Assembly: GCA_963845675.1 (NCBI GenBank)
Contig: CAWJSX010000003.1
Location: 224,137 to 288,136, forward strand
Direction of reading: 5' to 3'
DNA length: 64,000 nt
From: an uncultured Actinomycetota bacterium
GTDB taxonomy: Bacteria > Actinomycetota > Actinomycetes > Actinomycetales > CAWJMD01
In this document: positions 19,814 to 28,665 of the stretch, in pieces
Layout: the number at the start of each line of letters is the position of its first letter
Numbering within the stretch: the stretch's first letter is position 1
Notes under the pieces: generated by a model
Seen by the model: the letters and a program-made list of their open reading frames with translations, nothing else
Databases searched by the model: none
Told to the model about the DNA's origin: nothing
Position numbers and translations under genes: made by a program

Positions 19814-20983
19814 ATGTCCATGCGGATCAACACCAACATCGCGGCGATGAACTCGTACCGCAACCTCGCCGTCACCGAGGGCCAGCTGTCCAAGAGCCTC
19901 GAGAAGCTCTCCAGCGGCTTCCGGATCAACCGTGCGGCCGACGACGCCGCCGGCCTCGCGATCTCCGAGGGCCTGCGCTCGCAGGTCGGCGGGCTCAAGG
20001 TCGCCGTGCGTAACGCCCAGGACGGCATCAGCGTCGTCCAGACGGCTGAGGGCGCGCTGACCGAGACCACGTCCATCCTCCAGCGGATGCGTGACCTGTC
20101 GGTGCAGGCGGCCAACGACGGCGGCCTGTCGGCCGACGCGAAGACGAACCTGCAGGCCGAGGTCCGTCAGCTGAAGGACGAGCTGAGCCGCATCGCGGAC
20201 ACCACGAAGTTCAACGGCAAGAAGCTGCTGGACGGCAACTACTCCGGCACCTTCCAGATCGGCGCCAACGCCGGTGACACCATCTCCGTCGGTGTCGCCA
20301 CCGCGACGTCCACGGTGGGCCTCGGTGTGGCAGGTGTCGACGTGACCGTCACTTCCGGCCTGGCCGGCAGCACCACCACCGCGGCTGCTGCCAGCACCGC
20401 CAGCGTGGCGACGGTCGACTCGGCTACCGACTACAGCGACGCCGCCAACTGGCCGGCCCAGCTCAACGGGTCGATCACCCAGTCCGGCAAGAGCCTCGAC
20501 CTCGCGAGCGTCCAGTACGCGTCCGGTGACAACGCAGCCGCCCGCGTGGCCAAGCTGCAGACGGCACTGGACAACGCCTTCGGATCCGGCACCGTCACCG
20601 CGGCGTCGTCGGCCACGGGCCTGACGTTCACGGGCCAGGCGCCGGGTGCGTCGCCGACCAACCAGGAGCTGGCCGACGCGGACGTCAACTTCGTCCAGGC
20701 CAGTGGCGCGTCCGCCTCGATCTCCCTGATCGACGCGGCCATCAAGACCGTCTCGACGGTCCGTGCCGACCTCGGTGCGCTGCAGAACCGGTTCGACCAC
20801 ACGATCAACAACCTCAACGTCGCGGTGGAGAACCTGTCCGCGTCGGAGAGCCGGATCCGTGACACCGACATGGCGTCGGAGATGGTCAACTTCACGAAGA
20901 ACCAGATCCTCCAGCAGGCCGGTACGGCGATGCTGGCCCAGGCGAACCAGTCCTCGCAGGGCGTCCTGCAGCTGCTCCGCTGA
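19814..20983 (+). CDS. fliC: Flagellin
   Basis: MRINTNIAAMN, LEKLSSGFRINRAADDAAGLAISE, LGALQNRF, SRIRDTDMA, QAGTAMLAQAN; GGAGG RBS. Confidence 0.97.
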   Translation: MSMRINTNIAAMNSYRNLAVTEGQLSKSLEKLSSGFRINRAADDAAGLAISEGLRSQVGGLKVAVRNAQDGISVVQTAEGALTETTSILQRMRDLSVQAANDGGLSADAKTNLQAEVRQLKDELSRIADTTKFNGKKLLDGNYSGTFQIGANAGDTISVGVATATSTVGLGVAGVDVTVTSGLAGSTTTAAAASTASVATVDSATDYSDAANWPAQLNGSITQSGKSLDLASVQYASGDNAAARVAKLQTALDNAFGSGTVTAASSATGLTFTGQAPGASPTNQELADADVNFVQASGASASISLIDAAIKTVSTVRADLGALQNRFDHTINNLNVAVENLSASESRIRDTDMASEMVNFTKNQILQQAGTAMLAQANQSSQGVLQLLR

Positions 20984-20989
20984 TCTCGC

Positions 20990-21029
20990 GCCACGAGCCG
21001 GTCCCCACCCCAGGGGGCCGGCTCGTGGC
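20990..21029 (+). terminator. Strong hairpin after fliC (terminator or processing stem)
   Basis: GCCACGAGCCGGTCCCC / GGGGGCCGGCTCGTGGC inverted repeat; no long U tract. Confidence 0.75.
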
Positions 21030-21059
21030 ACGAACCCGCACCACCCCAGACCTTTCGTT

Positions 21060-21129
21060 GGACCCCGTAGGACCCCGTAGGACCCCGTAGGACCCCGTAG
21101 GACCCGTAGGACCCGTAGGACCCGTAGGA
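21060..21129 (+). repeat. Tandem array (GGACCCCGTA)x4 (GGACCCGTA)x3 GGA
   Basis: Read directly; GGA at 21060, 21070, 21080, 21090, 21100, 21109, 21118, 21127. Confidence 0.95.
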
Positions 21130-21155
21130 GCCCGAGCTCCCGACCCCCGCTGGAG

Positions 21156-22457
21156 GTGACCGAGATGCCATCGATCGGTGGCCTCATCAGCGGCCTCGAC
21201 ACCTCGACGATCATCAGCCAGCTGATGCAGATCGAGGCCCAGCCGCAGACACAGCTCAAGGGTCGGGTCACGACGGCCAACGCCCAGGTCGGCGCGTACC
21301 AGTCCATCAACACCCGGCTCGCCTCCGCGCTCGCGGCGGCGCAGAAGCTGGCGAAGGACGAGACCTGGAACGCCACCCGGGCCACGGCCTCGGTCCCCTC
21401 GGTGACGGCGTCGTCCACCCCCGGCGCCGTCACCGGGGCGATCACCTTCGACGTCACCTCATTGGCGTCCGCGCACTTCACCGCCTCATCGGTCGTCGGC
21501 GTCACGGACAGCGTGGTCGCCGGCGGCGCCACCTCCCTGACCATCAGCCAGAACGGCGTGGACACGGTCGTCGCCCTGGACGGCGAGGACGTCGTGTCGG
21601 TGGCGAAGGCGATCAACGCCGCCGGAACCGGTGTCCGTGCCACGGCCCTGCAGGTGGCCGACGGCCAGTACCGGCTCCAGCTGACCTCCAAGACCACCGG
21701 ATCGGCCGGCGCCTTCACGGTGACGGGCCTGCAGGCCTATGACGAGATCACCCGGGCCGGCACGGACGCGGAGATCTCGCTGGGCGGCGGACTCACGGTG
21801 AAGTCGGCCGACGGCCGCTTCGCGGACGTTCTGCCCGGCACCACCTTCTCGGTCAGCAAGCTCGAGACCGGCGCGACCGTGAGCGTGGCCGGCGACGCAG
21901 GCAGCACCACCGCAGCGGTGAAGGCCCTCGTCGACAGCCTCAACACCTCGTTGCAGGAGATCACGAGCCGGACCCGCACCAAGAGCGCCACCGACAAGTC
22001 CAGCGTGGCCGGCCCCCTGGTCGGGGACGCCCTCGTCCGAGGCATCAAGCAGAGCCTGCTCAGTGCCGTCAACGCGGGCGGCACGAGCCCCGCCGCGGCG
22101 GGCATCGAGACGAGTCGCACGGGCGAGTACACGTTCGACGCGGCGAAGTTCGAGGCGCTCCTGGCGTCCGACCCCGCCAAGGCCCGCGGCCTGGTGGCCG
22201 CGGTCGCCGCGCAGGTCGACCTCGTCACGAAGTCGGCGTCCGACCCCACCACCGGCACCGTCACGTCGATGGTCACTCGCCGCCAGGACAGCGTGAAGGA
22301 CCTCACGACGCGCGTGGACGCCTGGGACTCGCGCCTCGCGTCGCGTCGCAGCAGCCTCGAGCGCCAGTACGCGACCCTCGAGACGGCGCTCGGCAAGCTG
22401 CAGTCCCAGTCCAGCTGGCTCGCAGGTCAGCTCAGCACGCTCCCGAAGTGGGAGTGA
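21156..22457 (+). CDS. fliD: Flagellar filament cap protein
   Basis: GLISGLDTSTIISQLMQIE N-terminus; LERQYATLETALGKLQSQSSWL C-terminus; start GTG 21156 or ATG 21165. Confidence 0.93.
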   Translation: MTEMPSIGGLISGLDTSTIISQLMQIEAQPQTQLKGRVTTANAQVGAYQSINTRLASALAAAQKLAKDETWNATRATASVPSVTASSTPGAVTGAITFDVTSLASAHFTASSVVGVTDSVVAGGATSLTISQNGVDTVVALDGEDVVSVAKAINAAGTGVRATALQVADGQYRLQLTSKTTGSAGAFTVTGLQAYDEITRAGTDAEISLGGGLTVKSADGRFADVLPGTTFSVSKLETGATVSVAGDAGSTTAAVKALVDSLNTSLQEITSRTRTKSATDKSSVAGPLVGDALVRGIKQSLLSAVNAGGTSPAAAGIETSRTGEYTFDAAKFEALLASDPAKARGLVAAVAAQVDLVTKSASDPTTGTVTSMVTRRQDSVKDLTTRVDAWDSRLASRRSSLERQYATLETALGKLQSQSSWLAGQLSTLPKWE

Positions 22458-22486
22458 CCCCGGCCACCCGTTCGCCACCCGACCCA

Positions 22487-22528
22487 CACCACCTGACCCG
22501 CACCACCTGACCCGCACCACCTGACCCG
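22487..22528 (+). repeat. 14-bp tandem repeat (CACCACCTGACCCG)x3
   Basis: Three exact copies between fliD and fliS plus a degenerate copy at 22473-22486. Confidence 0.9.
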
Positions 22529-22566
22529 CAGACCGCTCCACCCGACGCTCGACCGAAGGAGACACC

Positions 22567-22983
22567 GTGTACGGCAACGCCTCAGCGCGCGCCCGCTTCG
22601 TCGGCGACTCCGTCGCCACCGCGTCCCCCGCCACCCTGCTGACCATGCTGTACGACCGGCTCGTGCTCGACCTCGAGCGCGCCGAGCAGGCGCAGGTCTC
22701 GGGCGACCGCGCAACGGCCAACGTGCAGCTGCAGCACGCGCAGGACATCGTCGCCGAGCTGCTGTCGTCGCTCGACACGACGGTCTGGGACGGCGCCGCC
22801 GGCCTGGCCTCGGTCTACCGGTTCCTCCTGGTCGAGATGGTCGGTGCCAACGTGAGCAGCGACGCCGCCCGCACCCGCTCCTGCCGCACGCTCGTCGAAC
22901 CCCTGCGCGACGCGTGGCGCGAGGCGGCCCAGACGGCAGCACGCGCGACGTCGTCGGTCCCGTTCACCGCCCAGACAGCCTGA
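22567..22983 (+). CDS. fliS: Flagellin export chaperone
   Basis: VATASPATLLTMLYD, HAQDIVAEL..SLD, LRDAWREA. Confidence 0.92.
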   Translation: MYGNASARARFVGDSVATASPATLLTMLYDRLVLDLERAEQAQVSGDRATANVQLQHAQDIVAELLSSLDTTVWDGAAGLASVYRFLLVEMVGANVSSDAARTRSCRTLVEPLRDAWREAAQTAARATSSVPFTAQTA

Positions 22984-22987
22984 GACC

Positions 22988-23347
22988 ATGATGACCTCGA
23001 CGCCCGCGACCACCGTCCCGGGAACCTGGGACGACGCCTGGTCGCGGGCCCTCGACGCGATGGAGCTCGACGTCGACTCCACGGAGTCCCTGCTCGTCGC
23101 CCTGCACGCCGGCCAGGACCTGCCGTCCGCCGACGAGGTGCTGACCGCCCGGTGGGAGCCGCCGGGCGGCCTCGGCCCCGTGCCGCGACCGCTGATCGAG
23201 CGGGCCACCGCGCTGGTTCGTCGCCAGCAGGAGCTGTCGCTGCGCCTCGTCGAGGCGACCCACGTCAACCGGCGCCATGCCCGCGCCGCCGTCGCGCTCC
23301 GGGAGAAGGCTCCCGCCGTACCCGTGTACCTGGATGTGGCCCTGTGA
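22988..23347 (+). CDS. Hypothetical helical protein in the fliT position
   Basis: Follows fliS; W..ALDAMELDV, LGPVPRPLIERA..LVRRQ, PVYLD end. Confidence 0.65.
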   Translation: MMTSTPATTVPGTWDDAWSRALDAMELDVDSTESLLVALHAGQDLPSADEVLTARWEPPGGLGPVPRPLIERATALVRRQQELSLRLVEATHVNRRHARAAVALREKAPAVPVYLDVAL

Positions 23348-23364
23348 ACACGCCTGACTCCGTG

Positions 23365-23393
23365 CTCAGGTCCCAGGTCCCGGCTGTCGATAC
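23365..23393 (+). promoter_or_regulatory. Sigma28-type promoter of EAL-HDOD gene
   Basis: CTCA-N17-GTCGATAC. Confidence 0.65.
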
Positions 23394-23411
23394 ACGAGAG
23401 GTGATCGCATC

Positions 23412-24710
23412 ATGAGCGTCTTCCAGGCCCCCGCGCGCAAGGTTGCGCCGTCGGGCCTCTCGCGCATCGGCCGCCAGGGCATCTACGACCGCAACGGATC
23501 GCTCGTCGCGAACGAGCTGCTGTTCCGCGGTATCGACCACTCGCGGTCGGCGCTGCCCGAGAGCTGGGACGCCGTCCGTGACGACCCGAGCGCGGTCGCC
23601 GACATCGCTGCTGCCGGTGACGCGGCGACCTCCCAGGTCATCTCCGCGACCTTCGGCGACTTCGGCCTGGCCGAGCTCAGCGGGGGAAGGCCGCTCTTCC
23701 TCAACGTGACACGGTCCTTCCTGATCGGGGACCTGCCCCTCCCGTTCGGACAGGACGGCGTCGTCCTCGAGGTGCTCGAGAACATCACCGTCGACGACGA
23801 GCTGATGGGCGGGCTGCGGACGCTGCGCGAGCGTGGCTTCCAGATCGCCGTGGACGACTACGTCGGCGACGAGGAGCGGGCCCGTCTGCTCGAGATCGCC
23901 GACGTGGTCAAGATCGACGTGCCTCTCGTCGGCGCCCGGCTCGACGACGTGGTGGCCAAGTGCCGGGGGCTGGCCCCCGAGGCCAAGCTCGTGGCCGAGC
24001 GCGTCGAGACCCTCGACTCCCTGCACCGGACGTCCGACGCCGGCTTCGAGCTGTTCCAGGGCTACTTCTTCCAGCGCCCGGCCCTGCTCGAGACCTCCCG
24101 GCTGTCGCCGTCCCAGATGGTGTGCCTGCGTCTGCTGCGCGCGCTGAACGACCCGGACTCCACGACCGAGGACCTCGAGAACATCGTCGCCGCGGACCCC
24201 GGCCTGAGCCTGCGGGTGCTCCGCACCGCGAACTCGGCGAGCAGCGGCTCGAAGCGCCACATCGCGACGCTGCGCCAGGCCGTGGTCATGCTCGGTCCGC
24301 CGGCGCTGCGGGCCTGGGTCCTCCTCACGCTGATGGGTGGTCTCGCCGCAGGACGACGTGACGACCTCGTCCTGATCCTGGCGCGCGCCACCTGCTGCGA
24401 GGCGGTGGCCCGCCTGACGGGCGCCGACGCAGGGGCCGCCTACACCGCCGGCCTGCTGTCGGGCGTCGCGCAGGTGCTGCGTACCGACGTCGGGCAGGTT
24501 GCCCACGGTGCGGGCATGGGTGCGGACGTCATCTCGTCCCTCGTCGACGGCACGGGACCCGTGGGTGCCGTCGTCAGGACCGTCGAGGCCCACGAGCTCG
24601 ACCAGCCCGATGCCGCCGAGCGTTGCGGCATCACGCCTTTCGACCTCTCGAGGACCTACCTCGAGGCCTGGTCGAGCGCGCTGCAGACCGTCAGCACGAC
24701 CGTCGACTGA
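23412..24710 (+). CDS. EAL + HDOD domain protein (YuxH/PdeH-like, putative c-di-GMP phosphodiesterase)
   Basis: RQGIYD..ELLFR, FLN, VLEVLE, IAVDDY, VKID, AERVET, FQGYFFQRP; then HDOD DPGLSLRVLRTANS, QAVVMLG, AYTAGLLS. Confidence 0.85.
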   Translation: MSVFQAPARKVAPSGLSRIGRQGIYDRNGSLVANELLFRGIDHSRSALPESWDAVRDDPSAVADIAAAGDAATSQVISATFGDFGLAELSGGRPLFLNVTRSFLIGDLPLPFGQDGVVLEVLENITVDDELMGGLRTLRERGFQIAVDDYVGDEERARLLEIADVVKIDVPLVGARLDDVVAKCRGLAPEAKLVAERVETLDSLHRTSDAGFELFQGYFFQRPALLETSRLSPSQMVCLRLLRALNDPDSTTEDLENIVAADPGLSLRVLRTANSASSGSKRHIATLRQAVVMLGPPALRAWVLLTLMGGLAAGRRDDLVLILARATCCEAVARLTGADAGAAYTAGLLSGVAQVLRTDVGQVAHGAGMGADVISSLVDGTGPVGAVVRTVEAHELDQPDAAERCGITPFDLSRTYLEAWSSALQTVSTTVD

Positions 24711-24739
24711 CCTCTCGGCGACACCCGATCCACCGTGGA

Positions 24740-24763
24740 CGGCACCCCCGATCGGGGGTGCCG
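24740..24763. terminator. Perfect 24-bp palindrome after EAL-HDOD gene
   Basis: CGGCACCCCCGATCGGGGGTGCCG is self-complementary. Confidence 0.6.
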
Positions 24764-24860
24764 CTCACGTTCGGTGAGGGTGGCAGACCCGAACGGCCGC
24801 CGCATCGTCCCGCGCACGGGTGTCAACGGCCCGGGTCGGCGCAGATCGCGTCGTTCAGCG

Positions 24861-24888
24861 CTCAAGGTGGCACCGCGGACGCCGATGC
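24861..24888 (+). promoter_or_regulatory. Sigma28-type promoter of flgB operon
   Basis: CTCA-N16-GCCGATGC. Confidence 0.8.
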
Positions 24889-24896
24889 ATCAACCA

Positions 24897-24934
24897 GAGC
24901 ACGGATAGCTCACCCCTTCGGCCACGGACCGGCC
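24897..24934 (+). promoter_or_regulatory. Two CsrA-box hairpins in flgB leader
   Basis: GAGC-ACGGATA-GCTC and GGCC-ACGGACC-GGCC. Confidence 0.7.
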
Positions 24935-24966
24935 TGCGTACTCCATCCTCGAGATCGGGGCCGGCC

Positions 24967-25311
24967 GTGTTCAACGACGTCACCAACGTCGCGCTGCACT
25001 CAGCGATGACGGGACTGGCAGCTCGCCAGCGCACCATCGCCGACAATGTCGCGAACATCCAGACCCCTGGCTTCCTGGCAGGCCGGGTGCAGTTCGAGGA
25101 CGCTCTCGCACAAGCGGTCTCGTCCGGCAGCGGGGTCGCCAAGGCCACCACCGCGCGCTCCCTCGAGCCGACGCGTGAGGACGGCAACAACGTCAACCTC
25201 GACCACGAGGTGCTCGCCAACGTCGACACGGGGCTGCGCTACCAGCTGGTGCTGAAGGCGATGGACGACCGGTTCTCGCTCCTGCGGTCCTCCCTGCGGA
25301 CTCAGTCGTGA
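24967..25311 (+). CDS. flgB: Basal-body rod protein
   Basis: RQRTIADNVANIQTPGF, REDGNNVNLDHE; start GTG 24967. Confidence 0.92.
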   Translation: MFNDVTNVALHSAMTGLAARQRTIADNVANIQTPGFLAGRVQFEDALAQAVSSGSGVAKATTARSLEPTREDGNNVNLDHEVLANVDTGLRYQLVLKAMDDRFSLLRSSLRTQS

Positions 25312-25715
25312 GCCTCTTCAACGCCATCGGCGTGGCCGGCACCGGCGTGACCGTCTACCGCAAGTGGCTCGACGCCGTCAGCGACAACATCGCCAACGTC
25401 AGCACGGTGCGGTCGACCGACGAGAGCGCCTTCCAGGCCCGCTACGTGATCGCCCAGGCCGTGGACTACGGCTCGGGCACGGGCGGCGTGCAGGTCGGCG
25501 GGATCCAGCTGGGCAACGCCGAGGGCCGCATGGTCTACGAGCCCGACCACCCGCTCGCCGACGAGGGCGGTTACGTGCGCTACCCCGACATCGACCTGGG
25601 CAGCCAGATGACGCAGCTGATCATGGCGCAGCGCGGCTACCAGGCGAACCTTGCCGTGGTCGACCGTGCGCGTGAGTCCTACCAGGCCGCGCTCCAGCTG
25701 GGTCGTGGCGCATGA
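25308..25715 (+). CDS. flgC: Basal-body rod protein
   Basis: SDNIANV, YEPDHPLADEGGYVRYPDID, AQRGYQAN. Confidence 0.93.
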   Translation: MSLFNAIGVAGTGVTVYRKWLDAVSDNIANVSTVRSTDESAFQARYVIAQAVDYGSGTGGVQVGGIQLGNAEGRMVYEPDHPLADEGGYVRYPDIDLGSQMTQLIMAQRGYQANLAVVDRARESYQAALQLGRGA

Positions 25716-26050
25716 GCCCGGTCAGCGGCGTCTCGCCGGTGAGTGGCGTGGGCGCACTGAGTGGCGTGATGGCTGCCGCGCGGGCATCCGCCACGGCGCC
25801 GGCGGACGCCGGAACCGGTGCGGCGCAGGCCGGGTCGTTCGCCGCCGCGCTCACGCAGAACCTCGAGAACGTGCAGGCGCTGCAGGGGAACGCCGACACC
25901 CTGGCGGTCAAGGCCGCCACCGGTGAGCTCACCGACGTGCACGACTACATGATCGCCGCGACCCAGGCCCGTGTGGCCACGGAGCTGACGGTGGCCGTCC
26001 GCAACAAGGCCGTCGAGGCCTTCTCCGAGATCATGAGGATGCAGGCCTGA
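25712..26050 (+). CDS. fliE: Hook-basal body complex protein
   Basis: DVHDYMIA...VAVRNKAVEAFSEIMRMQ. Confidence 0.93.
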   Translation: MSPVSGVSPVSGVGALSGVMAAARASATAPADAGTGAAQAGSFAAALTQNLENVQALQGNADTLAVKAATGELTDVHDYMIAATQARVATELTVAVRNKAVEAFSEIMRMQA

Positions 26051-27639
26051 TGCAACAGCGACTCATGGGGTCCGTCCGTCGCGCCGGTGACACCTTCGGC
26101 TCCTTCAGCACCCCTCAGAAGCTCATCGCGGCGATCGGCGTGGCCGTGCTCGCGCTCGGCGGGTACGCCTTCCTGAGCTGGACGAGCACCCCGACCCTGG
26201 CTCCGCTGTTCACCAACCTGGCCTCGAGCGACGCCAGCGCCATCGTCGACCAGCTCGACTCGGAGGGCGTCGCCTACGAGATCACCGACGGCGGACAGAG
26301 CATCATGGTGCCGCGCGAGGAGGTCTACCGGCTCCGCCTGGCGATGTCGTCGGCGGGCCTGCCCGCGAGCTCGGAGACCGGCTACGCGCTGCTCGATGAG
26401 CAGGGCGTCACCGCGTCGCAGTTCCAGCAGCAGGTCACCTGGCAGCGCGCCCTCGAGGGCGAGCTGTCCAACACCATCCGCTCGATCAAGGGCGTCGACG
26501 CCGCGGTGGTGCACCTCGCCATCCCGGCGAAGGACGTGTTCCTCGACGAGACCCAGAGCCCCACGGCGTCCGTGCTCGTCGAGACCGGTCCTGGCCAGGG
26601 CCTGCCCAGCGGCCAGGTGCAGTCGATCGTCCACCTGGTGGCCTCCAGCGTCGAGGGCCTGGCGCCCGAGGACGTCACCGTCGTGGACGGCGAGGGCAAC
26701 CTGCTGTCGGCCGCTGGGGCCGGTGGCGGTGCCGCCGGCGGCCTGCGTGACCAGCAGACCACGGACTACGAGGCCCGTGTCGCCGGCTCGCTGCAGGCGG
26801 TCCTCGACCGCGTGGTCGGGCAGGGCAACGCCGTCGCGACGGTGAACGCCGACCTCGACTTCGACGCCACGGAGCGCACCACCGAGTCGTTCAACGCGGA
26901 GGAGGGCGTCCCGCCGCTGTCGTCGAGCACCACCACCGAGGAGTACACGGGTGGGGGAGCCGCGGCCGGGGGAGTCCTCGGGCCGGACAACATCCAGGTT
27001 CCCGCCGGTACCGCGGGAGCGGACTCGAGCTACACGAAGTCGTCGACCACGGCCAACAACGCCGTCGGCAAGGTCACCGAGCACACGACGGAGTCGCCGG
27101 GGTCGCTTCGTCGCCAGTCGATCGCCGTCGTCGTCGACTCCAAGGCCCTCGGTGCGGTCAACATCACCGACCTGCGTGACGCGGTCACCGCCGCCGCCGG
27201 GATCGACGTGACCCGCGGCGACACCCTCTCGGTGAACCAGATGCCGTTCGACACCAGCAGCGCCGAGGCCGCGACCGCGGCCCTCGAGCAGGCCAAGGAG
27301 GGCGCGGCCGCCGAGCGTACGAGCGACCTGATCCGCACCGGCTCCATCGCCCTGGCCGTGCTGATCCTCGCGATCGTCGCCTTCATCGTCTCCCGCAAGA
27401 AGGGCAAGCGCGGCGCTCAGGCCTACGACCTCGGCGAGATGCAGGTCGTCGACCCGGCCGCGACCCGCGAGCTGGCCTGGCTCGACAAGGCCGAGCCGGC
27501 GGCGCTGGGCGCCGTCGTGCCGACACAGCGCGGCGCTGACGTGGCCGCCCGTCGCTCCGAGCTGAGCGACATGGTCGAGCGCCAGCCCGACGAGGTGGCC
27601 GAGCTGCTGCGCGGCTGGCTGGCGGACCGACGCTCATGA
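26050..27639 (+). CDS. fliF: MS-ring protein
   Basis: Two TMs, GYALLD, QRALEGEL..TI, VHLAIP, ASSVEGL, AAGID.TRGD, PDEVAELLRGWL. Confidence 0.93.
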   Translation: MQQRLMGSVRRAGDTFGSFSTPQKLIAAIGVAVLALGGYAFLSWTSTPTLAPLFTNLASSDASAIVDQLDSEGVAYEITDGGQSIMVPREEVYRLRLAMSSAGLPASSETGYALLDEQGVTASQFQQQVTWQRALEGELSNTIRSIKGVDAAVVHLAIPAKDVFLDETQSPTASVLVETGPGQGLPSGQVQSIVHLVASSVEGLAPEDVTVVDGEGNLLSAAGAGGGAAGGLRDQQTTDYEARVAGSLQAVLDRVVGQGNAVATVNADLDFDATERTTESFNAEEGVPPLSSSTTTEEYTGGGAAAGGVLGPDNIQVPAGTAGADSSYTKSSTTANNAVGKVTEHTTESPGSLRRQSIAVVVDSKALGAVNITDLRDAVTAAAGIDVTRGDTLSVNQMPFDTSSAEAATAALEQAKEGAAAERTSDLIRTGSIALAVLILAIVAFIVSRKKGKRGAQAYDLGEMQVVDPAATRELAWLDKAEPAALGAVVPTQRGADVAARRSELSDMVERQPDEVAELLRGWLADRRS

Positions 27640-28652
27640 TGAGCACCGGTGAGATGACGGGCAGTCAGAAGGCCGCTGCCCTGCTGGTCCAGCTGGGGCG
27701 CGAGACCGCCAGCCGCGTCCTCGCGGTGATGACGGACGCCGAGGTCGAGCTGCTGGCCTCCGAGATCGTCAAGCTCACGATGCTCGACGCGCCCGTCGCC
27801 GAGGAGGTCATGGCCGAGTTCTACGGGCTGATGTCGGCCGGTGCGAGCGGCGGCCCGGTGGGCGGCGTCAGCGTCGCCCGTGACCTGCTCGAGAACTCGA
27901 TCGGCCGGGTGAAGGCCGAGACCGTCCTCGAGCGCGTGTCGACCTCGCCCGGGCGGACCCTCTTCGGCTTCCTGCGTGAGGCCGACCCGCGTCAGCTCCA
28001 GAACTTCCTGGGCCAGGAGCACCCGCAGACGATCGCGCTCGTCCTGGCCTACCTGAGGCCGGAGCAGGCGTCGACCGTCCTCTCCGGGCTCGACCCGTCG
28101 CTGCAGGCGGACGTCGCGCACCGGATCGCCGTCATGGACCGGACGTCCCCGGACATGGTCAAGGTCGTCGCGGACGTGCTGCACCGGCGGACGTCGTCGG
28201 TGCTGGCTCCGGTCGAGGTGCTGGCCGTCGGTGGCCTGCAGCCGCTCGTCGAGATCATCAACCGCGCCGACCCCGGGACGGAGAAGCTCATCCTCGAGGG
28301 CATCGACGCTCTCGACACGGTCCTGGCCGAGCAGATCCGCAGCAAGATGTTCATCTTCGACGACATCGTGGGGCTGGAGGACCGGGCGGTGCAGCTCGTG
28401 CTGCGCCAGGTCGAGGCGGGTGCGCTGGCGACCGCCCTCAAGGGCGTGTCGGCCGAGGTCTCGGAGAAGGTGCTCTCCAACGTGTCAGAGCGTGCCCGCG
28501 AGAACCTCGTCGACGAGATCGAGATGCTCGGGCGGGTGCGGATCAGCCAGGTCGAGGAGGCCCGGGCGGCCATCGTCACGGTGATCAGGGCACTCGAGGC
28601 GACCGGCGAGATCGTGCTGCGTCGTGACGACGACGACGAGTACGTCGGTTGA
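27636..28652 (+). CDS. fliG: Motor switch protein
   Basis: QKAAALLVQLG, EHPQTIALVL, MFIFDDI, SERA, VEEAR. Confidence 0.95.
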   Translation: MMSTGEMTGSQKAAALLVQLGRETASRVLAVMTDAEVELLASEIVKLTMLDAPVAEEVMAEFYGLMSAGASGGPVGGVSVARDLLENSIGRVKAETVLERVSTSPGRTLFGFLREADPRQLQNFLGQEHPQTIALVLAYLRPEQASTVLSGLDPSLQADVAHRIAVMDRTSPDMVKVVADVLHRRTSSVLAPVEVLAVGGLQPLVEIINRADPGTEKLILEGIDALDTVLAEQIRSKMFIFDDIVGLEDRAVQLVLRQVEAGALATALKGVSAEVSEKVLSNVSERARENLVDEIEMLGRVRISQVEEARAAIVTVIRALEATGEIVLRRDDDDEYVG

Positions 28653-28665
28653 CGGGGGAGAGTCG

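Noticed and set aside
21060-21129. Repeat array as a CRISPR locus
   Set aside because: Units are 9-10 bp with no spacers, and there are no cas genes
24711-24960. c-di-GMP riboswitch upstream of flgB
   Set aside because: Hairpins are present but I could not match class I or II consensus features by eye; needs an Rfam scan
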